From assembly GCA_947625385.1 (NCBI GenBank), contig CANQOB010000006.1, positions 815-64,814 on the forward strand: a DNA stretch of 64,000 bases. Reading direction: 5' to 3'. Under the pieces are notes generated by a model. The model saw only the letters and a list, made by a program, of their open reading frames with translations, searched no databases and had not been told where the DNA came from. Positions 28,672 to 37,794 of the stretch are shown piece after piece. Every line of letters begins with the position of its first letter. Within the stretch, counting starts at the first letter, position 1. Both the position numbers and the translations under genes were made by a program. This DNA is from an uncultured Clostridia bacterium (GTDB taxonomy: Bacteria > Bacillota > Clostridia > Christensenellales > Borkfalkiaceae).

Positions 28672-29973
28672 TCAGAGCAGTAAGACGAGTTGCAGCGTGC
28701 CCAGCGCGGCGGCGAGGGCGGGAATCGCCACGCATACCCCGATCTTCAAAAAATCCAAATAGCCGAATTTCACACCGTAGCGCTGCAAGATGTGGCTGAA
28801 CATGATGCCCGCGAGCGCGCCGACCGGCGTGAGCAGGGCGCCCAAATTCGAGCCGATGATCGTCGCAAAAACCGCCCCCATATCCCCATTTCCCGCCGCC
28901 AGCACGGAGGAAAACAGCACGCTCATCGGGATATTGTTGATGAGGTTTGCCGCCAAAAAGGAACTCGCCCCGTATTTGAGGACGCCGAGGCTGTCCCCGA
29001 AAAAGTTTGCGATCTCCGCGGTGACGCCCTTCTCGGCGAGCCCCACGATGAGCACGAACATGGACAGAACGAAGGGGATGAGCTCATAGGGCGCGCGCTT
29101 CAAGCAGCCGAACAGGGCGCGGTCGGGACGGCGGCGGGTGAGCGCCACGATGCCGGATACGAGGAAGAGGCTCCCCACGCTCCCCAGCGCGATGTACCAC
29201 ATTTCCAGACCGAGATAGGAGGCGACCGCGAGCATCACCGTGCACGCCCCGAGATGGACGAGTCCCACGGTGAGCTGTGCGCGGTCCTCGATGTGCACCT
29301 CCTCCGCTTCCCCCTCGATGGGCGCGGAGAGCTTCTTGCGGAAGAGCAAAAAGAGGAGCGCGAGCGAGACAAGCCCCGCCGCGAGCGTGGGCAGGATGCT
29401 CACTTGCAGATAGGAAACGAAGTCCACGCCGAGCGCGGTCGAGAGGTAGATATTCGTCGGATTGCCGATGATGAGCGCCATGCTCCAAGTGTTCGCCGCG
29501 ACAAATTCCGCAGCGAGATAGGGGAGAGGGTCGATCTTCGCGTGCTTTGCAAAGTAGCAGATGAAGGGGGTAAAGGAGAGGATGATGACGTCGTTGGAGG
29601 TAAAGACGGTGAGAATCGAGACGAGGGCGTAGAGCGCGAAGAAGAGCTTGCGCTGCCCCGTTCCCGCCCGTTTCAGAACAAAATTCGCGAAATAGCGGAA
29701 GAAGCCGTTTTCATCGAGAAAGACGGAGAGAATCGTCATCGAGAGAAAGAGGACGAGAATCTTCAAAGGATTGACGGCGGTGTCTGCGACGAGCGCCTTC
29801 CCGACTTCGGCGGCGTCCGCCTGTCCGCTTGCAAGCAGGACGGCTGCGCCGAGCAGGGTCACTATCCAATAGGTGGAGATATGGACCTTGCCGATTTTCA
29901 AAGCGGGGAAGAACAGGACACATGCGATCATTGCAAGGCAGGTGACGCCGCAGATGATGAGGGTTGCGACCAT
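28672..29973 (-). CDS. ArsB/NhaD superfamily anion permease (citrate-transporter-like membrane protein)
   Basis: 433-aa polytopic membrane protein (NPLKILVLFLSM, SNDVIILSFTP, IGNPTN). Only this 3' part of the 1439-aa minus-strand track ORF is real. A bidirectional terminator lies just downstream. Confidence 0.75.
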   Translation of the reverse strand: MVATLIICGVTCLAMIACVLFFPALKIGKVHISTYWIVTLLGAAVLLASGQADAAEVGKALVADTAVNPLKILVLFLSMTILSVFLDENGFFRYFANFVLKRAGTGQRKLFFALYALVSILTVFTSNDVIILSFTPFICYFAKHAKIDPLPYLAAEFVAANTWSMALIIGNPTNIYLSTALGVDFVSYLQVSILPTLAAGLVSLALLFLLFRKKLSAPIEGEAEEVHIEDRAQLTVGLVHLGACTVMLAVASYLGLEMWYIALGSVGSLFLVSGIVALTRRRPDRALFGCLKRAPYELIPFVLSMFVLIVGLAEKGVTAEIANFFGDSLGVLKYGASSFLAANLINNIPMSVLFSSVLAAGNGDMGAVFATIIGSNLGALLTPVGALAGIMFSHILQRYGVKFGYLDFLKIGVCVAIPALAAALGTLQLVLLL

Positions 29974-30119
29974 AGCTGTTCCGTTCGTAAAATCATTCTG
30001 TATTCTATCAAATGCCGCGGGGGATGTCAAACGATTATCCGCAAGATTTTTCTTTCCGCCGAAAAAAGTGCGGCGCGCAAATGCCGCGCGAGAAAAATTC
30101 GGAAAGTGGCGCGAGCGAT

Positions 30120-30148
30120 TTGCTTTTTCCGCGCGGATATGGTATAAT
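30120..30148 (+). promoter_or_regulatory. Extended -10 promoter upstream of the helicase gene
   Basis: TTGCTT at 30120-30125, 17-bp spacer, TGgTATAAT ending at 30148. Confidence 0.45.
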
Positions 30149-30210
30149 ACAGCGGAAAAGTTGCGAATAATTTGTTCCGCGCAAAATGCGCGCGCGGGCG
30201 GAGAAAATGT

Positions 30211-33200
30211 ATGGCAGTCAAACGAAAAGTCATTACGGAAAAACTTACGGTAGGGCTCTCGTTCCCCAAATACATCGGCTATGCCGATTATTTTTTGCAG
30301 ACTCCCTTGCGGATCCGCATCAAGAGCACCTTCGAGGAAGCGCTCACGCTCACCGTGTCCGTCTCGGGCGCGGAGGGCTTGCTCCTTCCCTATGAGCGGA
30401 CGGTGGAGGTGCCCTTCGAGAGCGCCGTCTCCGTCGAAAACAGCGGCGTGTTCTCGCCCGAGTATCTCGCGGAGGTCACCGAACCCCATACGGTGAGCGT
30501 AAACGTCTCGGTGCGTCTCGACGGGAAGGAGGTCGCGGGAGAATCCGCGGAGATCACCGTTCTGCCCTTCGACTTCTGGGAGGGGCTTTCCGGCAATGCG
30601 GAGAGAATCGCCTGCTTTGTGCGTCCCCGCAACAACGATTGCGCAGTCCTCCTTGCCGATGCAGGCAAACAGCTGAAAAAATGGAGGGCGGACGCCGAAT
30701 TTTACGGCTATTCGGGCACGGACAAGAACACCGTGCGCCGCATTCTTGCCGCCATCTATCAATCCGTCAAGACGGCGGGCATCGCAAAGGACGGGGAGAC
30801 CGACTGCTCCGCGCCCCTTTCCGCCGTGCGGGAGACCTCCGTGCTCAAAGAGAAGCGCGCGACCGCCTTCCAGCTCGCCGTGCTCGCCGCGTCCTGCCTC
30901 GAAGCGGCGCACTTCCACCCCGTCATCGCGGTGGGGAAGGACGTCGCCGTGGGCGTCTGGCTGTACGACAGCTGCTTCCTCGAACCCGCGTTCGACGACG
31001 CGGAGATCGTCGAACGGTATGTCTCGGACGGCATCAATAATTTGAGCTTTTTTGACGCGGACGACCTCTTCGTCGGCAGCAGCGCGCCCTTTACTCCTTC
31101 GGAGGGGCATTTCAGGAGCAAGCTGAAAGAGGGATATTACGAGTATTTCGTCGATATCAGGCGGTGCCGCATGGGGGGCATCGGAAGCTGTCCCATGCGC
31201 GGCAAAAGCATCAAGGGATTCGAGGTTTACAGCGAGGAGAGCGGGGATGAGCCCGCGCCGCTGCCCGTGTTCCGCGACCTCAAACTCGACGGAAAACTTC
31301 CCAAAAACAAACTTTGGGAGAGGCGGCTTCTCGACCTCACCTACAAGAATACCCTGCTCTCCTTCGAGGGGAAGAACGCTCTGCATCTCGCTTCCCCCGG
31401 CTGCGACGCGCTCCTTCTCCGCCTCGCCGAAAAGGGAAGCATGAAACTTAAAGCGGGCGGCGAGGAGGCGTTCGGCGCCGAAGTCTCCCCCCAAAAGAGA
31501 TCGCTCTATGAGCTCGAACAGCAGAAGGGGATCCTGCGCGTGCTCGCCGACCAAAAAACGCTGACCGAGACGGCGGGAAAGCTCCTGCGCAGGCGGCGGG
31601 AAGCCGTGGAAGAGACGGGTGCGAAGATTCTCTATCTCGCGCTCGGATTCCTCAAATACGTCAGCCGTGAGGACGGGCTGCCCAAGTGCGCGCCCCTCGT
31701 CCTCTGCCCCGTCTCCCTTGCGCGAGCAAAGGGGAACGAGGATTTCTCCGTGCTCGCCGCCGACGAGGGGTACTTCGTCAACGCGACGCTGCTCGAATTC
31801 CTCAAACAGGAATTCAACATCGATATCCGCGGGCTGGGCGGGGACGTCTCCGCGCTGAAACTTTCCGAGATCTTCGCCATGGTGCGCGCGGAGACCGCCT
31901 CCATGAAGGGATGGGACATCGCGGAGGACGTCTATCTCTCCGTGTTCTCCTTCCAGAATTTTTTGCTCTGGAACGACATCCGCACGCACATCGACGAGTT
32001 TTCCAAGAACGCGACGGTCTCGGCGCTCCTGACGGGATATGCCGAAAAGCGGGAATTCCCCGCCGCGCAGGAGGAGGACAACGACGACCCGGAGCGCATC
32101 CTCTTGCCTCTGCCGCTCGACAGTTCGCAGTACGGCGCGGTCTCTCTCGCGGACACGGGTGCCTCGTTCGTGCTCCACGGACCCCCGGGAACGGGCAAGA
32201 GCCAGACCATTTCCGCCATCATCGCGAACGCGCTCTTGCACGGAAAGCGCGTGCTCTTCGTCGCCGAAAAGAAGGCGGCGCTCGACGTCGTTAAAAAGAG
32301 GCTCGACGCCATCGGAATCGGCGATTTCAGCCTCGAATTGCATTCCAACAAGACGGACAAGGCGGGCGTTCTGCGCCGCATGGAGGCGACCCTCGCCCTC
32401 GCGGGGAGGGAGGAACCCGTCGGCTTCGGCGAGCGCACGCGCGAGCTCGTCGCCCTCCGCGAAGAGCTCAAAGAGCCCATGCGCGCCCTGCATAAAACAC
32501 GGCGGCTGGGAATCTCCGTCTACCAAGCCATTCTCGGGTACCTCAAAAACAAGAACGCGCCCGATATCCTCGACATCGAGAGCTCCTTCTACGATTCCCT
32601 CGATGAGAAAAAACTCTCCGAATGCAAGCAGATGATTCTCACCGCCGCGGCGGCGGCGAAGGACTGCGGCGGGGTGTTCAACTCGCCCTTCGAGAACGTC
32701 AACCGCACGGTGTATTCCCAGGAGCTGCGCGACCGCCTGTTTTGCGCCTGCGAAGTCATCCTCACCGAGATCAAGCATCTGCGCGCCTTTCTTGCGCTCT
32801 TTCTGGAATTTTACCGCCAGCGCATTTCCACGCTGACGAGAAAAAAACTGCTCTCGCTCACCGAGATCGCGAAAGATCTCGCCTCGGGGAAATACCGCAA
32901 GTACTTTGCGGACGTCGACGAGGGGGAGTTCTATCGCTTCTACAACGCCAACAGAAGGCTGGACGCCTGTCTCGCGTATTATTTCAGACATTTTAAGGCT
33001 CCCGTGGAGACGGAGGACGCCGAGGAGATCGCGCGCATGCTCGAAAACGGCGGGGACTGGAAACTCTTCCGCCCCGCAAGGGCTGCCTTCAAGAGGCTGT
33101 CACGGGTGGCGATTCTCCCGCTCGACGAGGCGGACGCGCCCAAATTTTTGCAGACGCTCGCCGACATCGACGCGGCGCAAAAGCGCATCACGGAGAACAC

Positions 33201-35790
33201 CCCGCTCGGTGCGAATTTCTGCGACCGCAACGGCAGAATCAACGAAAAGAAGAGGCAGGAGTTCCTCAAAGACCTCTATGCCCTGCATGCGCAGGCGGAG
33301 GAGACCTTCCTCGATTACAATCCCGACGCATTCGACGGTATGTGCATCCGCGCCGCAAACGGCTATACCATGCCCGTGCTCGAAGGGTGCATCAAGGCTG
33401 CGGAGAGCTACTTTGCGGCGGAGGGGAGCTTCCTTGCGGTGACCTGCGCGGACCCCGCCAAGGTGCGCGGCGAGGACGTGTTCGACTACTTCTCGCAGAA
33501 GGCTTCCGCGCTCATCGACAACGTGGATATGCTCCCCAACTGGTGCATGTACCGCGCGACGGCGAAAAAACTTGCCGCCATGGGGCTCAACTTCATTACG
33601 GACGCCTTGGAGAGCGGCAGGCTCAAAGTCGAGAACGTGCTTGCGGGCTTCGAAAAGAACGTCTACAAGAACTTCCTCGAGATCACCATTCCGCAGGACG
33701 AGGCGCTTTCCCGTCTGACGGTGGGCACCCTCGAGGATACGGTGGAAAAATTCCGCCTTGCGTGGGAGGAATACAGCAGAATCTCCCGCGACTGTCTGCG
33801 CGCCGCTTTGATCTCCCGTCTGCCGAAGCCGGACGGCGAGGGGATGCTCGGACCGGAGCTCTCCGCGTTCACCCGCCTTGCCAAGACAAACCTGCGCGGC
33901 TCGGGCATCCGCGCGATGCTTGCCGAGATCCCGTCGCTTGCCGCCGTCGTCTGCCCCTGTCTGCTCATGAGCCCCATCACGGTGGCGCAATATCTCAAAC
34001 CCGAGGCGGACGCGTTCGACCTCGTGATCTTCGACGAGGCGTCCCAGATGACGACCGCGGAGGCAGTCGGCTCGATCGCCCGCGCCAAGGCGTGCGTCGT
34101 CGTCGGCGACCCCAAACAGCTCCCGCCCACCGCCTTCTTCCGCTCCTCCTATACGGATGAGGAGGCGGAAGGGGAGGAACTCGAGAGCGTGCTCGACGAC
34201 TGTCTCGCCCTCGGGATGCCCGAGCGGCATCTCCTCTGGCACTACCGCAGCAAGCACGAGAGTCTCATCGCGTTCTCCAACAGCATGTACTACGGCAACC
34301 GGCTGTGCACCTTCCCCTCCCCCGACGCGCTCGAAAGCAGGGTGAAACTCGTCAAGGTGGACGGCACCTACGACCGCGGGTTCACCAAGCGCAACAAGAA
34401 GGAGGCGGAGGCGCTCGTCGCCGAGGTCGTCAGGCGGTTGCAGGATCCGGAACTCTCCAAACGGAGCATGGGAATCGTCACCTTCTCGACGGCGCAGAGG
34501 GACGACATCGAGAGACTTTTGAACCGCGAGATCGCGCGTTTCAAACTCGAAGCCGCCGCATTCGACAGAGAGGAACCGCTCTTCGTCAAGAACCTCGAAA
34601 ACGTGCAGGGGGACGAGCGGGACGTCATCCTGTTCTCCGTCTGTTACGGTCCCGACCGCTTGGGGCGCGTCTCGCTCAATTTCGGACCCCTCAACCAGGC
34701 GGGCGGCTGGCGGCGGCTCAACGTCGCGGTGTCGCGTGCAAGAGAGGAGATGCTCGTGTTCTCCACCATGACCTCGCCCATGATCGACCTCGCAAAAACG
34801 ACGTCCAAGGGCGTCGCGGGGCTCAAAGCGTTCCTCGAATTTGCGGAGAGGGGCAAGACGACGCTTGCCGTGCGCGCCGACAGCGTGCGCTTCGGCGCGG
34901 GAATCGGAAAATACCTCGCCGCCGAACTCGAAAGCTACGGCTACGATTGCCGCTACGACGTGGGCGCCTCCGATTTCAAGCTCGACGTCGCCGTCGTCGA
35001 CCCCAAGAACAAGCACCGCTTTTTGCTCGGCATCCTCTGCGACGGCACGGAGGAATTCTCCGTCAAAGACAGAAATATCTTGCAGGTACAGACCTTAAAG
35101 CGCATGAATTGGAACGTTCTGCGCGTCAACAGCGTCAATTACTATAATAACCCCAAGCGGGAGCTCAAACGCATCAAGGATGTGCTCGACCGCCTGACGG
35201 GCGCGGACAAGAAGGGAGACCGGCTGTCCAAATACCGCAAACCGTACAAATTCGTCAAACAGACCGCCTCCGAGACGGCGGCGTTCGTCACTTCCGGCGA
35301 CAACGACGCGGAGATCGTCGCCCGCCTCAAAGAGATCGTCGCGACGGAGGAACCCATCTCGCGCGCATTTCTGCGGAAACGCTGTCTCATGAGCTTCGGA
35401 ATCGCCAAGAGCGGCACCCGCGTGGACGCCCGTCTCGACGCGCTCATCGACAGCTGCGCCTTCCCCCGCGACCGCGTGCAGGGCGTGGACTACTTCTACA
35501 AGAATCCCCGCTGTCTGCAACTCGGGAAATTCCGCGTGGAGAGCGTTTCTCCCGCTTTGCGGCGGGGGGAGGACGATTTCACGGTGTACGAGGTCGTCTC
35601 CCTCATCAAGGGCGCGCTGGAAGAGCGGGTAGCGCTCTATCCCGACGAGCTCACCGCCCTGCTCGGGAATGTGTTCGCCGATCTGCGCTCGGGAGAACGC
35701 TTCCTCGCGTTTTTGCAAAGCTGTATCACCTACGGCGAAGAGAAGGGACTCTTCGTGAGATCGGTGTCGGATAGGATAAGCTTGGCTTAG
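30211..35790 (+). CDS. Large SF1 (UPF1/DNA2-like) helicase with a DUF4011-like N-region, a restriction-endonuclease-like domain and a DUF3320-like C-terminus
   Basis: Walker A VLHGPPGTGKSQT, Walker B LVIFDEASQM, VVGDPKQLPPT, HYRSKHESLI, VQGDERDVILFS, LNVAVSRAREE. DUF4011-like LLDLTYKNTLLSF. REase-like DVGASDFKLDVAVVD...LGILCDG. SD GGAG lies 8 nt upstream of ATG 30211. Confidence 0.85.
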   Translation: MAVKRKVITEKLTVGLSFPKYIGYADYFLQTPLRIRIKSTFEEALTLTVSVSGAEGLLLPYERTVEVPFESAVSVENSGVFSPEYLAEVTEPHTVSVNVSVRLDGKEVAGESAEITVLPFDFWEGLSGNAERIACFVRPRNNDCAVLLADAGKQLKKWRADAEFYGYSGTDKNTVRRILAAIYQSVKTAGIAKDGETDCSAPLSAVRETSVLKEKRATAFQLAVLAASCLEAAHFHPVIAVGKDVAVGVWLYDSCFLEPAFDDAEIVERYVSDGINNLSFFDADDLFVGSSAPFTPSEGHFRSKLKEGYYEYFVDIRRCRMGGIGSCPMRGKSIKGFEVYSEESGDEPAPLPVFRDLKLDGKLPKNKLWERRLLDLTYKNTLLSFEGKNALHLASPGCDALLLRLAEKGSMKLKAGGEEAFGAEVSPQKRSLYELEQQKGILRVLADQKTLTETAGKLLRRRREAVEETGAKILYLALGFLKYVSREDGLPKCAPLVLCPVSLARAKGNEDFSVLAADEGYFVNATLLEFLKQEFNIDIRGLGGDVSALKLSEIFAMVRAETASMKGWDIAEDVYLSVFSFQNFLLWNDIRTHIDEFSKNATVSALLTGYAEKREFPAAQEEDNDDPERILLPLPLDSSQYGAVSLADTGASFVLHGPPGTGKSQTISAIIANALLHGKRVLFVAEKKAALDVVKKRLDAIGIGDFSLELHSNKTDKAGVLRRMEATLALAGREEPVGFGERTRELVALREELKEPMRALHKTRRLGISVYQAILGYLKNKNAPDILDIESSFYDSLDEKKLSECKQMILTAAAAAKDCGGVFNSPFENVNRTVYSQELRDRLFCACEVILTEIKHLRAFLALFLEFYRQRISTLTRKKLLSLTEIAKDLASGKYRKYFADVDEGEFYRFYNANRRLDACLAYYFRHFKAPVETEDAEEIARMLENGGDWKLFRPARAAFKRLSRVAILPLDEADAPKFLQTLADIDAAQKRITENTPLGANFCDRNGRINEKKRQEFLKDLYALHAQAEETFLDYNPDAFDGMCIRAANGYTMPVLEGCIKAAESYFAAEGSFLAVTCADPAKVRGEDVFDYFSQKASALIDNVDMLPNWCMYRATAKKLAAMGLNFITDALESGRLKVENVLAGFEKNVYKNFLEITIPQDEALSRLTVGTLEDTVEKFRLAWEEYSRISRDCLRAALISRLPKPDGEGMLGPELSAFTRLAKTNLRGSGIRAMLAEIPSLAAVVCPCLLMSPITVAQYLKPEADAFDLVIFDEASQMTTAEAVGSIARAKACVVVGDPKQLPPTAFFRSSYTDEEAEGEELESVLDDCLALGMPERHLLWHYRSKHESLIAFSNSMYYGNRLCTFPSPDALESRVKLVKVDGTYDRGFTKRNKKEAEALVAEVVRRLQDPELSKRSMGIVTFSTAQRDDIERLLNREIARFKLEAAAFDREEPLFVKNLENVQGDERDVILFSVCYGPDRLGRVSLNFGPLNQAGGWRRLNVAVSRAREEMLVFSTMTSPMIDLAKTTSKGVAGLKAFLEFAERGKTTLAVRADSVRFGAGIGKYLAAELESYGYDCRYDVGASDFKLDVAVVDPKNKHRFLLGILCDGTEEFSVKDRNILQVQTLKRMNWNVLRVNSVNYYNNPKRELKRIKDVLDRLTGADKKGDRLSKYRKPYKFVKQTASETAAFVTSGDNDAEIVARLKEIVATEEPISRAFLRKRCLMSFGIAKSGTRVDARLDALIDSCAFPRDRVQGVDYFYKNPRCLQLGKFRVESVSPALRRGEDDFTVYEVVSLIKGALEERVALYPDELTALLGNVFADLRSGERFLAFLQSCITYGEEKGLFVRSVSDRISLA

Positions 35791-36185
35791 GTTTCGCGCG
35801 ATTTCTTTTGCTGCGCAAAATAAATACGCGCGAGCGAATGAGCATGTATGCCTCAATAAGCTTGATTCCGATTATATGTTTCATCGGACAGTAAGCCTGC
35901 GGTGGCGTTGCAAATGGGGTCGCGCAGCGCAAAAGCGTGGTTTTGCTCGCGCACAAAATTTAAGAATTTCGGCGAAAATCTTTGCTGCGCAAATATTTTC
36001 GTCGAGCGAATGGGCGTTGGCGGCTTAATTGACTTGGCTCCGATTAGATGTTTCATCGGACAGTAAGCCGAAAGGGTTCGGCAACTTGGGTCGCCCACGG
36101 CGGAAGTGAATTCCGCCTAAGGCACAAAATTTAAGAGTTTCGCGCGGTTTCTTTTGCTGACGCAAAATAAATACGCGCGAGCGAA
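35791..36185 (+). repeat. Array A of an unrecognised hairpin-rich intergenic repeat: units 35791-35966 and 35967-36137 plus a terminal head module 36138-36185
   Basis: Head-to-tail units share head modules (GTTTCGCGCGATTTCTTTTGC..GCAAAATAAATACGCGCGAGCGAA and TTTCGGCGAAAATCTTTGC..GCAAATATTTTCGTCGAGCGAA), the core CCGATTAGATGTTTCATCGGACAGTAAGCC and the tail ACAAAATTTAAGA. The array starts directly after the helicase stop codon. Confidence 0.9.
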
Positions 36186-36233
36186 GAGGAGTCAAGGCTT
36201 CGAGGGCTCGATCGTATTCGTTCATCAAATCGG

Positions 36234-36262
36234 TTGACAAATACCGCGGTTTGTGATACAAT
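36234..36262 (+). promoter_or_regulatory. Sigma-A type promoter of ktrBA
   Basis: TTGACA at 36234-36239, 17-bp spacer, TACAAT at 36257-36262. Confidence 0.5.
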
Positions 36263-36282
36263 CGCTCAAAACCGTAAGAATT

Positions 36283-37647
36283 ATGAAATTTCCCAAGCTC
36301 AAACACAAGTTGAGCGTATGGCAGTACCTCGCGCTCGGATATTTCGCGGTCATCGTCGTCGGGACCGTGCTGCTCGTTTTGCCCCCCGCAAAGCAGGGGG
36401 AGGGCGGCGCATACTTTATCGACGCGCTCTTCACCGCCGTCTCCGCCGCCTGCGTGACGGGACTCGTCCCCTTCGCCTCCGTGCAGTGGACTCTGTACGG
36501 ACAGATCGTCATCCTCATCCTCATCCAGCTCGGCGGGCTGGGGTTCATGACCTTCGTCTCCCTCATCCTGCTCGCCGTGCGCGGCGGTCTCAAACAGTAT
36601 CAGCGGCGCGCAGTCCTGCAAGCCATGGGCGGCGGCAATCTGAACGGCGTCAAGCGGCTCATCCGCAGAATCATTCTCGGCACGATGCTCTTCGAGGTGT
36701 CGGGCGCGGGGCTGCTCTGTATCCGTTTCATCCCCGAATACGGGGTGCGGCGCGGCATCTATTATGCGGTGTTCCACGCCGTCTCCTCCTTCTGCAATGC
36801 GGGATTTGACGTGATCGGCACAGAGAGCCTCTCCAAATATGCGACGGACCCGCTCGTCTCGCTCACTCTGTGCGTGCTCATCATTGTGGGAGGGCTCGGC
36901 TTCTGCATCTTGCAGGACGTCGTTGACAGCCGCTTCCGTCCCACACGGTTCCAATTCTATACGCGGGTCATTCTGTGCGTGAATACCGTTTTGCTCGTCG
37001 GCGGGACGGCGCTCTTTTTGCTCTTCGAACGCAACAACCCCGTCTATGACGGCTATACGTTTGGGGAAAAGCTGCTCTGCGCCCTCTTCAACAGCACGAC
37101 GGCGCGCACCGCGGGCTTCTATACCACCCCGCCCGAGACGCTCTCTTCGAGCGGGTACTTCCTCATGGTCATCCTCATGTTCATCGGCGGCAGCTCGGGC
37201 AGTACCGCGGGCGGCATCAAGGTGGGGACGTTCGTCGTCATCGTCATGGGTATGGTCGCCGTCATGCGCGGCAAGCGCGACCTCAACATCGGTAAACGCC
37301 GCATCGACATGACGCTTCTCTGGCAATCGCTCGCCATCCTGACGGCGTATCTGGCGCTCATACTCGTCTCGACGATGCTCATCTGCGCCGTCGAACCCGC
37401 CCCCGCCATAGGAGATGCGAGCGGCTATATGTTCCGCCGCGCGCTCTTCGAATGCGTCTCCGCGCTCGGCACCGTGGGACTGTCCGTGGGAGGATTCACC
37501 GAGAGTCTTTCCGTCGTGTCCAAACTCGTCCTCATCTTCCTCATGTACACCGGGAGGGTGGGGATTCTCACCGTCGCTTCCGCCATGCGGAGCAAAAAGG
37601 GAGTCTCCTCCGTGAGAAAACCCGTCGATATGTTCTTCATCGGCTGA
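36283..37647 (+). CDS. ktrB: Potassium uptake protein, TrkH/KtrB family membrane subunit
   Basis: Repeated pore-loop pattern (TAVSAACVTGL, SSFCNAGFD, NSTTARTAGF, ECVSALGTVGLS). The track start GTG 36253 lies inside the predicted -10 box, so ATG 36283 is preferred. Confidence 0.85.
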   Translation: MKFPKLKHKLSVWQYLALGYFAVIVVGTVLLVLPPAKQGEGGAYFIDALFTAVSAACVTGLVPFASVQWTLYGQIVILILIQLGGLGFMTFVSLILLAVRGGLKQYQRRAVLQAMGGGNLNGVKRLIRRIILGTMLFEVSGAGLLCIRFIPEYGVRRGIYYAVFHAVSSFCNAGFDVIGTESLSKYATDPLVSLTLCVLIIVGGLGFCILQDVVDSRFRPTRFQFYTRVILCVNTVLLVGGTALFLLFERNNPVYDGYTFGEKLLCALFNSTTARTAGFYTTPPETLSSSGYFLMVILMFIGGSSGSTAGGIKVGTFVVIVMGMVAVMRGKRDLNIGKRRIDMTLLWQSLAILTAYLALILVSTMLICAVEPAPAIGDASGYMFRRALFECVSALGTVGLSVGGFTESLSVVSKLVLIFLMYTGRVGILTVASAMRSKKGVSSVRKPVDMFFIG

Positions 37648-37794
37648 GCAGCCTCCGCGGCGGCGGTTTCAAGGCATATGTGCCGAACAACAGATGTGCG
37701 GCGGCGCTTTTGACGGAATTTTTCGAAGAATTGCACCGGAAAGCAGATGTGCGCAGGCGCATGGCACAAAAATTTGCATAGAAAGGAGAAAATT

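Noticed and set aside
30100-30200. Possible solo fragment of the repeat family upstream of the helicase gene (GCGCGAGCGATT resembles the head-module 3' part GCGCGAGCGAAT)
   Set aside because: Only about 11 nt match and none of the other modules are present, so this is compatible with chance in GC-rich sequence.
28672-32991. 1439-aa minus-strand ORF spanning the permease gene and the first 2.8 kb of the helicase gene
   Set aside because: Only the last 433 codons (28672-29973, from MVATLIICG) look like a real protein, a polytopic ArsB/NhaD-type permease. The upstream part is antisense to a helicase gene with clear motifs. Its arginine/glycine/alanine-rich composition is typical of shadow frames in GC3-biased DNA, and it crosses a promoter-containing intergenic region.
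35791-36185. CRISPR array interpretation of the alternating head modules and ~125-bp intervening segments
   Set aside because: The intervening segments are themselves conserved between units and loci (up to 105/106 identity), so they are not unique spacers. The head modules are ~48 nt in two alternating flavours. No cas genes or leader are present.
35791-36185. Integron attC sites (imperfect palindromes immediately 3' of ORFs)
   Set aside because: There is no RYYYAAC/GTTRRRY core-site pair and no intI integrase or attI. The units occur in tandem without intervening cassettes.
37648-37794. Possible c-di-AMP (ydaO-type) riboswitch or other RNA element in the 147-bp ktrB-ktrA spacer, or upstream of ktrB
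   Set aside because: The region has only a short direct repeat (CAGATGTGCG..GGCGC twice) and small hairpins, with none of the ydaO conserved cores. The ktrB 5' UTR predicted from the promoter is only about 15-20 nt.
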